In this document: piece by piece, positions 53,226 to 64,000 of the stretch
Layout of the letters: the number at the start of each line of letters is the position of its first letter
How positions within the stretch are numbered: position 1 is the first letter of the stretch
Assembly: GCA_951406725.2 (NCBI GenBank)
Contig: OX597830.1
Location: 71,548,001 to 71,612,000, forward strand
DNA length: 64,000 bases
Reading direction: 5' to 3'
From: Octopus vulgaris
Taxonomy: Eukaryota
Notes under the pieces: generated by a model
Told to the model about the DNA's origin: nothing
Seen by the model: only the letters and a program-made list of their open reading frames with translations
Databases searched by the model: none
Position numbers and translations under genes: made by a program

Positions 53226-54138
53226 CCACTCCCACAGACTTGCTGGCCAAGTGAGTAACTGCACTAAGGATTCCATGTTCGTTCAACAGTTACCTGTCAT
53301 ACTAGCAAAAAGACGGCATATACTTGTATAGATAGGTTGACAAAAATAAAAAAAAAGACCATGGCTAGTCCAGTATATTAAAGCTTGAGTAGACAGGCCT
53401 GTGCGAGCATTAGATTGGTACTCATTACAGCCGAGTAGACTGGTGCATCATGATATGAAATACTTTGCTCGTGGTCACCAACACATCATTTGGTCCAGGA
53501 ATGGAAAGCCTTGATCTTATGTTCGTGCACAAATGTCTCTACCCGTCTGCTCTGAGTTTCCTAAGTATCTTATAACGATGCCAATCGGCTTTGGAGACGA
53601 AAGCCAGCATAAATTCAAGAATTCCATTTGCACAAACGGTTCGATGCTGATCATCAAACTGCTGTTTTAATCCATATTATTGCTTAAGCAAGGGTTAAAA
53701 TAATTGAATTAAACTCAACCCAAAACCTTCGTGTTAGCGTCGATCTTATAGAGCTATGATTATAGATATTCTAGCTATAGCCATGATATCGTATTTTCAG
53801 ATATAATTCCATTATCTTTTACGGCCTTTCTTCTGTAAGATGGTAGCTAAATGCTTTGAGAAGACGGCATAGAAGCTGACTTTCTCTTTGTAGATGTTTG
53901 AAAGAATTGAGAACTGACAATATATCTACAAAACTACTAGCATGCCGTTACTTTGTCCTTTCTAGTGCTATTCTATTTATATGTTGTCTTCTGTACTTAA
54001 CTGTATATTTTGGAAACCAATAAATGAATAAGATTTTAGATTACCGGTTGCCAATTAGGGAGAATGTGTCTAGTTCGAAAGGAGGCTGGTCTATATCTTG
54101 TGCTGAGGAGAATTACTTAGAATATATACAAATGGAAA

Positions 54139-54458
54139 TTGTAGTTGTGATACCTGTGCCGGTGGCACGTAAAAAGCACCATCCGAATGTGGCCGATGCC
54201 AGCGCCGCCTTGACTGGCTTCTGTGCCGATGGCACGTAAAAAGCACCAGCCAATTGTGGCCACTACCAGCCTCCACTGGCACGTAAAAAGCACCCACTAC
54301 ACTCACGGAGTGATTGGTGTTAGGAAGGGCATCCGGCTGTAGAAACACTGCCAGATCAGACTGGAACCTGGTGCAGCCTCCTGGATTCCCAGACTCCGGT
54401 CGAACCGTCCAACCCGTGCTAGCATGGAAAACGGACGTTAAACGATGATGATGATGAT
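54139..54458 (+). mobile_element. Retroposon 3' end with (GAT)n tail and three TGGCACGTAAAAAGCACC repeats (RTE-type tail)
   Basis: GGTGTTAGGAAGGGCATCCGGCTGTAGAAAC motif; ends CGGACGTTAAACGATGATGATGAT. Confidence 0.75.
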
Positions 54459-55017
54459 ATACTGGCTCCACATCCATACGAGATGAACTGAACTTAAATC
54501 TCACATACAGTGAAGGTTACAGAAACCTGAATGTGCTCATAGATCTTTTCCTTTCACTCTCTTCCTCTCTTGGGTTTCTTGAAATGATTGATTGACGAGG
54601 CTAAAATAAATCACTAAATTTCGTATGCACAGTTGGTCAGTCAGTAGCTTTGTCAAACGTGTTTGTGTAATCTTTCTAAATGTTTATAAGTGACAGGTGT
54701 CTCGGGTCTATGATGACACATACACACACTTGTCTAAACAGGCGCACAGACTATCTAAATAAACATACAGACATTGTCTGATCAACAGACTTGATTTAAC
54801 TTACTATACACTTCAACAGCCTATCATTCACCTACCATCTGTTGAGCTTTCTTTTTCTCTTTCACGCAACACTAAGCAAAGACTCTTACTTTCTGATTTG
54901 ACTACTTCGGTAGCGTAAAAATGAGTGACGTTGGGTTAGGGATAAAACGGTCTGTCGACGACGAGGTGTACAACACAATCGAAGTTTTAATCTAATGTTG
55001 TAATTATTTCACTGCAG

Positions 55018-55039
55018 ATGGTTTACCTTGGGTAGAAAG
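55018..55039 (+). CDS. Candidate 22-nt micro-exon (reads DGLPWVE in phase with the 16694 exon)
   Basis: Branch-like TCTAAT (54991), TTATTTCACTGCAG acceptor and AAG|GTAATA donor; frame-compatible with the phase-1 donor at 17193. Could be chance. Confidence 0.25.
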
Positions 55040-55923
55040 GTAATACCATTAGCCTTTGGTGGGGTACTAGTGGGTCTGATACATTTGATATTCTGATAAA
55101 TACTGTGATATATTTCTGATATTAATTAGATTTCTAGAAATAATCATGAAAGGAATTCCTGAAGAGGTAGGAGTTAGAAATATATTGAGTACGATGACAA
55201 AGGGTCAAATGAGGCTACGGAGCTGAATGGTGGCTATGGAAGGGGAAAGATACACAAGGTTGATAGAATTTTTACAGCTCTTATTGTTTTGTCCTACGTC
55301 AGTCCTGATTGAACGATGCCATGATCATCGACATTGCATCTGTAACCTTCTGATGTTCAGAGCTATGTAGAATATACATAAATCTAATGTGCCTTTCTTT
55401 ATTTATGAAGAGATGGTGTGACTTTAGAAAATTTGGCAGCTATTTTTCGCAAATGAGGTGCCAACTTGAGGGTAATGAAGTACAATACATATAATACGAA
55501 CGCTATTATAGCAGTCCTATCTGCCGAGGTCGACTTTGCCTTTCACCCTCTTGGGATCAATAAATTCAGTACCAGTTGCGTCCTGGGGTCGATCTAATCG
55601 ACTGACCCCCTCCCCAAAATTTCAGGCCTTGTAGGGTAGAAAAGTTTATAGCAGTCCCATGGAATAAGCTTACTTTTCATACAGATATACTTGTAGTCAC
55701 ATTCTAAATTTCTTATAATCTGTATATATTTCATATAGTTATTATACAAATAATATCATATATATGATCTTTTTACGAATGATCTTATATGAGCTATTTA
55801 TATTACTCTCATACAGCTAAATCTGTAATCATATTTGAACAGTCACACATATTTCACATATAGCTATAATGGTAACTCAATTATTCATGTCTCATAGAAT
55901 CCAGACACATTTCATGCAATCAT

Positions 55924-56295
55924 GCTTGAGAGGCTGTTGGATGGAACCTACACTCGCCTCCTTATGAGAGCTCAAAATCTCTCGTGGAAGCGCCATCCAA
56001 CCAAAATGCAAATATATGGGAAACTACCACCTGTGTCATCTCTTGTGAAAGGTAGGAGAGTCCAGTTTGCTGGACATTGTTGTAGAGCTGAAAAAGAGGT
56101 AATTTCTACTCTTCTCCTCTGGAAGCCATCTATTCGCAATACCAGAGGGCGCACACTCTCCTACCCTGATGTAATCTCCAGGGATACAGGCATCCAGCAA
56201 CAGGACCTCCGTAATGCCATGATGGACCGTGAAGTCTGGCGTAGCATGGTAAATTCCATTGTCTCGACCACGGTCGAACAATGATGATGATGATG
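55924..56295 (+). mobile_element. 5'-truncated RTE-clade LINE 3' end with 10-bp TSD
   Basis: Open frame LDGTYTRLL...RRVQFAGHCCR...MMDREVWR typical of an RTE ORF C-terminus, (TGA)n tail, TSD ATGCAATCAT at 55914-55923 and 56296-56305. Confidence 0.9.
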
Positions 56296-56691
56296 ATGCA
56301 ATCATAATTATAGTCATATTTGAAGTTTTACGGATGCACATATATTTCTAACAGTAATATTTCTGATTACGTTATATCAATCTCATTATATTTGCACGCA
56401 GTTTATAACCATCCCATTGCATAGTCTCATAGAATCCATGCTCAATTCCTAATTTCATTGTAGTGATTTCATCATTTAAAAAAATGTCTCTTGTGTATGA
56501 AGGGACTCTATCTATGACCTACCGCAGACCGTCCTTGATTAGTGACATCAACGAGGTCGCTGTTATTGAACAATCAAAAGCTTATCTCGACGAAAATCTT
56601 TGCAAGAATTTACTTCAGCAAACGACCAGCGGTTCAAAGCCATGGAACTCGATTATTGGCATCGCAAGGCAGACGTTCAAGCAATATCTCT

Positions 56692-56914
56692 CTCTTACTC
56701 TTTTACTTGTTTCAGTCATTTGACTGTGGCCATGCTGTAGTACCGCCTTTTAGTCGAGAAAATCGACCTCAGGACTTATTCTTTGTAAGCCTAGTACTTA
56801 TTCTATCGGAACTTTTGCCGTTCCGCTAAGTTACGGGGACGTAAACATACCAATATCGTTTGTCAAGCAATGTTGGGGGGACAAACACATACACACAAAC
56901 ATATACACACACGT

Positions 56915-56955
<41 letters not shown>

Positions 56956-57066
56956 CGACGGGCTTCTTTCAGTTTCCGTCAACCAGATTCACTCACAAGG
57001 CTTTGGTCGGCCCGAGGCTATGTAGTTCGTAAGCAAGCTACTTACCACACAGCCACTCCTACGCCT
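56692..57066 (-). mobile_element. SINE family A with an internal deletion in the head
   Basis: Reverse complement of the family A sequence. Confidence 0.88.
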
Positions 57067-57233
57067 ATCTGTATAATTTAAAATAAAATCATGCAAGCTT
57101 AATGAAAGTAATTCCAAGCTATCGTAACAACATATAAGTTTACCATTATTCTGCTCTCCGTGTTTTCTGTAGACCTGTCGGACAGTCCAATATCAATAAA
57201 AGGTGGAGACGAAGTATCTTGACAGATCATGAA

Positions 57234-57550
57234 AAACGATAAAAGTCGCCCTTTTCAAGACTAGTCGGGGTCATTGGTCCGGTTTTCCGGTTTCTGTGGC
57301 GTATGTGTTCCCCCCAGCTGGACGGGACGCCAGTCCATCGCAGCGTTACTCAAGAAACAGGAAGAGAGAGAGTGAGAGAAAGTTGTAGCGAAAGAGTACA
57401 ACAGGGGTCGTCACCACCCCCTGCCGGAGCCTCGTGGAGTTTTAGGTGTTTTCGCTCGATAAACACACACAACATCCGGTCTGGGAATCGAAACGGTGAT
57501 CCTCCGACCGCGTGTCCGCTGCCCTAACCACTAAGCCATTGCGCCTCCAC
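57234..57550 (-). mobile_element. SINE family B variant (different central domain), full length with 14-bp TSD
   Basis: TSD TGACAGATCATGAA at 57220-57233 and 57551-57564; head GTGGAGGCGCAATGGCTTAGTGG; tail domain shared with 12571. The central domain is also seen at ~48040-48140. Confidence 0.92.
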
Positions 57551-58230
57551 TGACAGATCATGAATCAATACAAGGTCGATAAAATAAGTACCAATTGAGC
57601 ACTAGAGTCGATGCAATCGACTAAGTCCCTCATCTCACGAAATTGCCGGCCTTATGCTAAAATTTGAAACCAGAATTATTAAAAATTTGTTAAAATGTTT
57701 TGAGTACTGTAGATGTATAACCACTTGAGTGCACATAAAGTTTAACAATACCTTATATGAGCCCCTGAGGGTCATATTGTCCCTGGTTGACAATCATAGC
57801 TCTAAACCCTTCAAAGCTGTGCCCAAGAGTAGTTCACGTCTGACTCAAGTAAAAAAGATAAAAGTCACGCACACCCATATACATCCACATACACACATGT
57901 TACCTTGGTCCTGATATTCTTATTGGCTTTTAGTGTTCAGCAAGCCCCACTCTCTGGTAGCTTGCACAGTCGTATTATACAAACATCTGCAGAGCCGCTT
58001 AGAGAATGATGGATGGGTATTGTGCGTGTGAGATTGTATATATATATATATATATATATGTACGTACGTCAAAGTTGTTTTGTATTTATTAGTGAATGTC
58101 TGTAGGTGTATCTGTGCATGTGTATGTGTGACAGTCAATGCGCCTGCTTGCTTCGTTTCTTTGTGGCCATTGGATTACTTCAAGTCATCTGCAGTACTGA
58201 TTGGTTGAATGTTACTAGGGAGCTGACTTA

Positions 58231-58284
<54 letters not shown>

Positions 58285-58362
58285 CATCCCTATTTCTATG
58301 TGTATACATGTATATGTATATTTGTATATGTATATAAATTTATATACATATATATATATATT

Positions 58363-58409
<47 letters not shown>

Positions 58410-58551
58410 ATATGTATAAAAATATATACACATATGTATATAGTCCATTGTTTGTAACCATGTGTTTTTTTTGTAGATGTATATTGTATATGTAATTGGA
58501 CGTGAAACCACGTGTTTTTACTCAGATGCCTACACTTACACACACACGCAC

Positions 58552-58615
<64 letters not shown>

Positions 58616-59267
58616 GCGTATATCTATTTTTTATACATGAATGTGAGCAAACATGCATACACATGTATCTCCCTCTCTCCCCCCTCTCTCTCTCTCTCTC
58701 TCTATATCTATATATATATATATGTGTGTGTATGTATAATGTGCGGGTATTTTGCGCGCGTGTCAGATCTGCAAAGTATACAAATATATATTACGCATTG
58801 GGCAAACATTATCTGATACAGAACTCAATATCTGTGCTAGAGTGGAAAGATATGTTTATCATATCTCTGTGTGAGTTCATATCTATGTTATCTGCTTTAT
58901 TTCTGTATAAATGATTATATTTTCCAGTATATCATTTTGCATTTTAAGACTGTACGGTGCGATTGAAATGGAATTCGGCTCCCATTTGTCGATGGCGATT
59001 CACCTTTGCCGAGTCCTCCTTTACTCTAAGTAAACTTTAATATTGTTTATTATCATATTGAAAGTCTCATATCAATTGTGAGTGAAAATGAGTGATGAAA
59101 CCTCGTAATTTGTGTATCAGTGTCTCTCTTGTTCAGCTCAATATTTATATGTATCTTTGTGAATTTGAAGTTTTTTGGTTGTGATGTTCAGCATTGGTGT
59201 GTAAATTTTCCACAGCCTGATACAGACATGTTTTATGATAAAAACGTTCTGCGTCCATAACTTCGCC

Positions 59268-59640
59268 GTAGGAGAATGGCTGCTTAATTCAGAAGCTGAG
59301 TAAGCAACCATGTGGTTTTTGGGGTAATTCCAAGTGCGTGCCACCTTGGGCATGTGTCTTCTACTATAGCTACGAGCCAACTAATAATTTGGGAGTGAAT
59401 TTGGTAGACGGAAATTCTGAGGTATCCTGACGTGTGTGTGTGTATGTCACACACCCCAACCGGTGTTGGTCTGGTTACGTCTCCGTAACTTATCGATTCG
59501 GAAAATGTTCCCATAAATACTTGACTTAAAAAATAAAAAAAAAAAAAAAAATATTGGGAGCGATTTATTCCACTAGAACCGTTCAGGCCGGTGCCCCCAG
59601 CATGGCTGCAGCCCAGTAACTGACACAAGTGAAAGATAAA
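59268..59640 (+). mobile_element. SINE family A, old diverged copy
   Basis: CACCTTGGGCATGTGTCTTCTACTATAGC...CCAGCATGGCTGCAG. Confidence 0.7.
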
Positions 59641-59849
59641 TCGACCTCTAATATTTCTGTTCTATGTCAATGATAAATATGAGACAAATCCAAAGCGCGT
59701 AAGATTTTATGAAATTTAAACGAGCCTATAGAATCTAAAGACGTAAAGTTGAATATAAAAAAAAAAGAGTAAAAGTCAAGACCATTACATTCTTAATGAA
59801 GTATGTAATTGGAAATAAGTTTTCGCTTCCAACTATTTGAAATATTACC

Positions 59850-60040
59850 ATCAGGTGTCCCAGATGAACCAACTTCACGGCAGGAGGTGCAGATGAGGGC
59901 AGCTGCATCGAACTCTCTCATGCACCAAATGGCAATTGCTAAAAAGCATTCGTGAAGTAAAATCATGTAGCAACACCAAATGGCAGTACCCCAGCATGGC
60001 CACAGCTCGTGAGCTGAAACTAGATAAAATAAAATAAAAT
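59850..60040 (+). mobile_element. CR1/L2-group LINE 3' end
   Basis: Near-identical to 22697-22875; (TAAAA)n tail. Confidence 0.85.
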
Positions 60041-60439
60041 AATATAAATTTGTATATAACATATTTTCCGGAACCATTTGTTTCAAAGCGTTACCCGATT
60101 ACAAATGTTTCCGAACCAGTGGGATCACTTTGTTCAACACGCAAAAAAATTAAGTTGAAAAATAGGAATTCTACACTAATATAAATGACATTATTTTATT
60201 TATTACAGTACTGTACATGGTACTATGAAATAGGGTTGCCCAGTAAAATAGTCTGACGAGCGTGGTAATTTGAAGCTCCTGATCGTCAATAAGTGCGGAT
60301 TATAAGAGACTTCTGGGCCATGAGTCTTCACAAAGTTTGTGCTTGTACCGGTACGTGAGCCGAATATTCTCATCGTAAGGAAAGTAAATATATTTCTGAA
60401 ATTTCGGGAGTCTTGGCGGCATTGATGGCGTGGTACAGT

Positions 60440-60860
60440 TTTGGCTATGTGGTTTGAAGTTTCCTTCTCAATCACATGGCTCCGGGAACAGTCCCACTGC
60501 ATGGAACGTTAAGCAAGTGCCTTCTCCTATAGCCTCGGACTGGCCAAAGTCTTGTGAGTGGATTTGTTAGACGGAAACTGAAAGAAGCCCGTTGCATGTA
60601 CATACATAAATGCATCCATACACACACACACACCGTGTTGTGCATGTTTCTTTCTGCCTGTGTTTGTCCCCCATTACCACTTGACAACCGCTGTCGGTTT
60701 GTTTACGTCCACGTAAACCTAGCACTTCAGCTGAAGAGAGAGATAGAATAAGCAGCAGACTTGACGAATAGAATCTACTGGGGTCACTTCATTCGACTAA
60801 AGATTCTTCAAGACTGTGCCCCAGCATGACCGTAGTCACATGACTGAAACATATAAAAGA
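60440..60860 (+). mobile_element. SINE family A, diverged
   Basis: Head, middle and tail in the expected order. Confidence 0.75.
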
Positions 60861-61344
60861 CTTACTGATAATTATAGTCAAAACACTTTAGTTGAGAGAC
60901 CGTTAGATTTAAAGATCTAACGACTTTAATTGCAGGATACAGTATAAAGAAAATATTATATTTTACCCTTCACATTATTAAAATCCTAAAATTTTGATTT
61001 ATCAACGAGCGTCAACATACACAAACACAAACACACACACACACACACACACACGCACATATAATAATCATTGTTATAACACGATTGGGATATCGGAATC
61101 TGTAGAGTGGCGGACAAATTTTCTTGATGAAAAATGATGACATCGAAACCCCACTTCTCGTACTACACGCCCTTCCTTATAAAGTAAGAATTTTAAAATA
61201 CCGGTTAATGCTAATTTCAAAGATGATGATAATGGTTATCATCATCACTATCGCAAACACAACCTTCATCATCATCGCCATCATCATCATCACCATCGTC
61301 ATCAACATAAGTATGATGTTGGAGATAAATATCTGGCAGGTAGG

Positions 61345-61722
61345 TTAGGTAGACATATATACAAACAGACAGGCAAGCAGACAGGCAGACATACAGATAG
61401 ATAGATAGATAGATAGACAGAGATAGGTAGATAGACCGAGATGGGTAGATAGATAGATAGATAAATAGCTAGACACACAGACAGATAGATAGATAGATAG
61501 ATAGATAGATGGATAGACAGACAGATAGATAGTTAGATAGACAGGCAAACAGACAGGCAGACAGACAGATAGGTAGGTAGGTAGGTAGACAGATAGATAG
61601 ATAGACAGACAGACAGATAGATAGATAGATGGATAGACAGACAGATAGATAGTTAGATAGACAGGCAAACAAACAGACAGACAGACAGATAGGTAGGTAG
61701 GTAGACAGATAGATAGATTGAT
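61345..61722. repeat. Compound (GATA)/(GACA)/(GGTA) microsatellite with a duplicated ~120-bp unit
   Basis: GGATAGACAGACAGATAGATAGTTAGATAGACAGGCAAAC at ~61511 and ~61631. Confidence 0.9.
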
Positions 61723-62303
61723 AGCATTGGCGGTATGTCAGTGGCTGATCTATATCTGTTAACGAATTTGGGCCAAATATGACAATGAAAAAGATTAAGA
61801 CGTTTGCACTCAAGAATCATCAAGCTGACAGCCAAGAAAACAACAGGGGGAATTCAGTGAAACGATTGCTGCCGTTTCGTTTTCTTTCTCTGCTCATTGA
61901 TGTTATTGTAGTTGTTGTTGCTTTACTTTTGTTACAACTCGATGACAACTATTCTACTTGAAAATGCCGAAAATAGTTTTGAGGTACATATGTGTGCGCT
62001 GTGTCAAATTTTAAGGCAGTTGCTCTATATGTGTAAGAGATATACATTAATTTCTGTTAATTACACACACACCTTTATCAAAATATATGCATATATATAT
62101 ATATACACTCACACACCGACAGACACACACACACACTCACACACACAGAAGCACGTAAAGGTTTGTTGCATAAGAGTGTAAACGTGTGTGAGTACATACA
62201 TACATACGTGCATGTATAATAATAATAATAATATTAATAATAATAATAATAAGAAGAAGAAGAAGAAGAAGAAGAAGAATAACAATAACAATAATAATAA
62301 TAA

Positions 62304-62808
62304 TGGAAGTGTTATCATGTACATTGTTTTTCTTGGTATAAAAGATGGGCTACAGCAAATATTCTGCTCAATACCACAAGTTTGCTTGTCAGTTGTTTGA
62401 CCTTAACCAGTTGAGCATGTCCCTTGGTGGCTGACAATATGTGCATCTCTGATCACGAGCAGAAGTAGTGGGGGAGCATCATAGCCATGTGTTGAGAGGG
62501 ATTCTTTGGGGTTTGAATAATTCACCTCTGGAAACATGGGTGGTTCTTTCAACATCCTTAAACAACCCTTATTCAGGGACCGTTTGAGCGGGATGGGCTA
62601 CTCAACCTGAAGAAAATTCTAACTGGGCCCCACCTGCAAGGTCATGTGCTATTTATCTTGATATGAGATCACCATATCGCGCACATATGGTTGTGATGCA
62701 TCTGCTTAGTGTACCCTTATCAGACGGGTAGTCATGATTGGTATACTGGGCTTCGTATATTTTACCCCAGTGTCACTTTGATGGCATGCACTGCTCTCTC
62801 ACTCACTC
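62304..62808 (+). mobile_element. Family E retroposon, 5'-truncated copy in (TAA)n
   Basis: Reverse complement of 38514-39014, lacking ~55 bp at one end; (TAA)n on both sides. Confidence 0.85.
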
Positions 62809-62854
<46 letters not shown>

Positions 62855-63414
62855 GCCAATACTAATTCCTGTGTGTCAGTATGTCACACATTGACATCCT
62901 CTCTAACTATTCAATGACACTTCTACTATTCCTCATGATGGGGTGAGTGTAATAGAAGGCATAGAGACAGTGAGAGTGGTAGTAGATTGATGGTTGTGAT
63001 GGTAATGGGGTGATATTAACGGTATGAGCTGTAGTTGTGACAGGGGTGTAGGCGACGGTAATGGTAGTGGTTCTGATGATGGTGATACTTGAAAACATAC
63101 AACAGAGAGAGACACACACAGAGACAGACAGACAGACAGACAGAGAGAATGAAAGAGGTTAGACAGAAAAAAATTGTACTGACACTTGAATGAGAAGGTA
63201 AAAAATGTTGTTCATCATGCAGTTTTGCAATAAGTTCCAAGTCGACAAATTATATCATTGTTTTGATGAAAATAGATCATTGCTTAAAAAATTAACATGT
63301 ATTCAATGCATGAAGTCTCATTGTTAGGCCCGAGGCCCAATGAAGAGACCACCCTAGGACCTAGCTTAAAAGCCGTCCAATAGAGCAGCTTTTAAGCTAG
63401 AGTATATATATATA

Positions 63415-63569
63415 TTGGCTCTATTGGTAAGAAGCTTGCTTCTCATTCATATGGTCCTGCGATCAGTCCCACTGCGTAGTAACCTGGGCAAGTGTTTCTA
63501 CTATAGTCTGGGGCCGACCAAATTCTTGTGAGTGGATTTAGTAGAAGGAAACTGAATAATGCCCGTCTG

Positions 63570-63622
<53 letters not shown>

Positions 63623-63850
63623 ACTGTGTATGTGCCTTTATGTTTGTGTTTGTTCCCCATCATCGCCTGGCAATCGATGGTGGTGTGTTTACGTCCCCTT
63701 AACTTAGCGATTCAGAAAAAGGTAACGATAGAATTAGTATCAGCACTTTAAAAAACCCTGAGGTCGATTCGTTCGACTAACATTCTTGAAGGCGATGCCC
63801 CAGCATGGCAACAGTCTAATAACTGAAACATGTAAAAATGAAGGATGAAA
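63415..63850 (+). mobile_element. SINE family A, diverged
   Basis: CAGTCCCACTGCGT...CTGGGCAAGTG...CCCAGCATGGCAACAGTC. Confidence 0.78.
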
Positions 63851-64000
63851 GATATATGAATGTGTGTGTGTGCGCGCACGCGTGTTTTTGCATCTCATTA
63901 TGTTATATATGGGCTAAAGAAGACCTTGGAATATTTCCACAAACACACCTACGCTTAGACACCTACATTCACTCACTGACCGACAAATGTGAATTATAAA

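Noticed and set aside
54163-54294. Repeat-spacer pattern resembling a CRISPR array
   Set aside because: Only three 18-bp repeats with unequal spacers, inside a eukaryotic retroposon and with no cas genes.
56463-56723. 86-aa ORF in complex sequence
   Set aside because: Non-ATG start, runs into a SINE, no recognisable motif and no good splice sites.

Overview
Eukaryotic, very AT-rich, microsatellite-saturated genomic DNA. The repeat families (tRNA/CORE-type SINEs with CCAGCATGGCCGCAGTCAAATGACTGAAAC tails, (TA)n/(CA)n/(GATA)n tracts) look like those of an octopus or other coleoid cephalopod; this is an inference from repeat style. Only one convincing host coding exon is present: 16679-17192 (+), with a 5' UTR remnant, ATG at 16694 and a phase-1 GTAAGT donor. 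It encodes an S/T/G/Y/M-rich N-terminus typical of a developmental transcription factor. No DNA-binding domain was found, so the remaining ~47 kb is probably one very large intron, with two speculative micro-exons at 55018 and 57173. The rest is mostly transposon-derived: a full-length-size DD36E Tc1 element, a deleted DD41D mariner, a decayed Penelope-like RT, CR1/L2-group and RTE LINE 3' ends, at least three SINE families, a (TAA)n-embedded retroposon, a Helitron-like element and a MITE. The most unusual signal is a set of short non-coding repeats carrying minimal type-I hammerhead ribozyme motifs (1497, 8070, 10926, 11357), one of them in a ~325-bp partial tandem (retrozyme-like) arrangement, plus many fold-back inverted repeats. 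Nearly all ORF-track entries are microsatellite or SINE artefacts. Repeat boundaries were read by eye and may be off by a few to tens of bases unless TSDs or TIRs are quoted.
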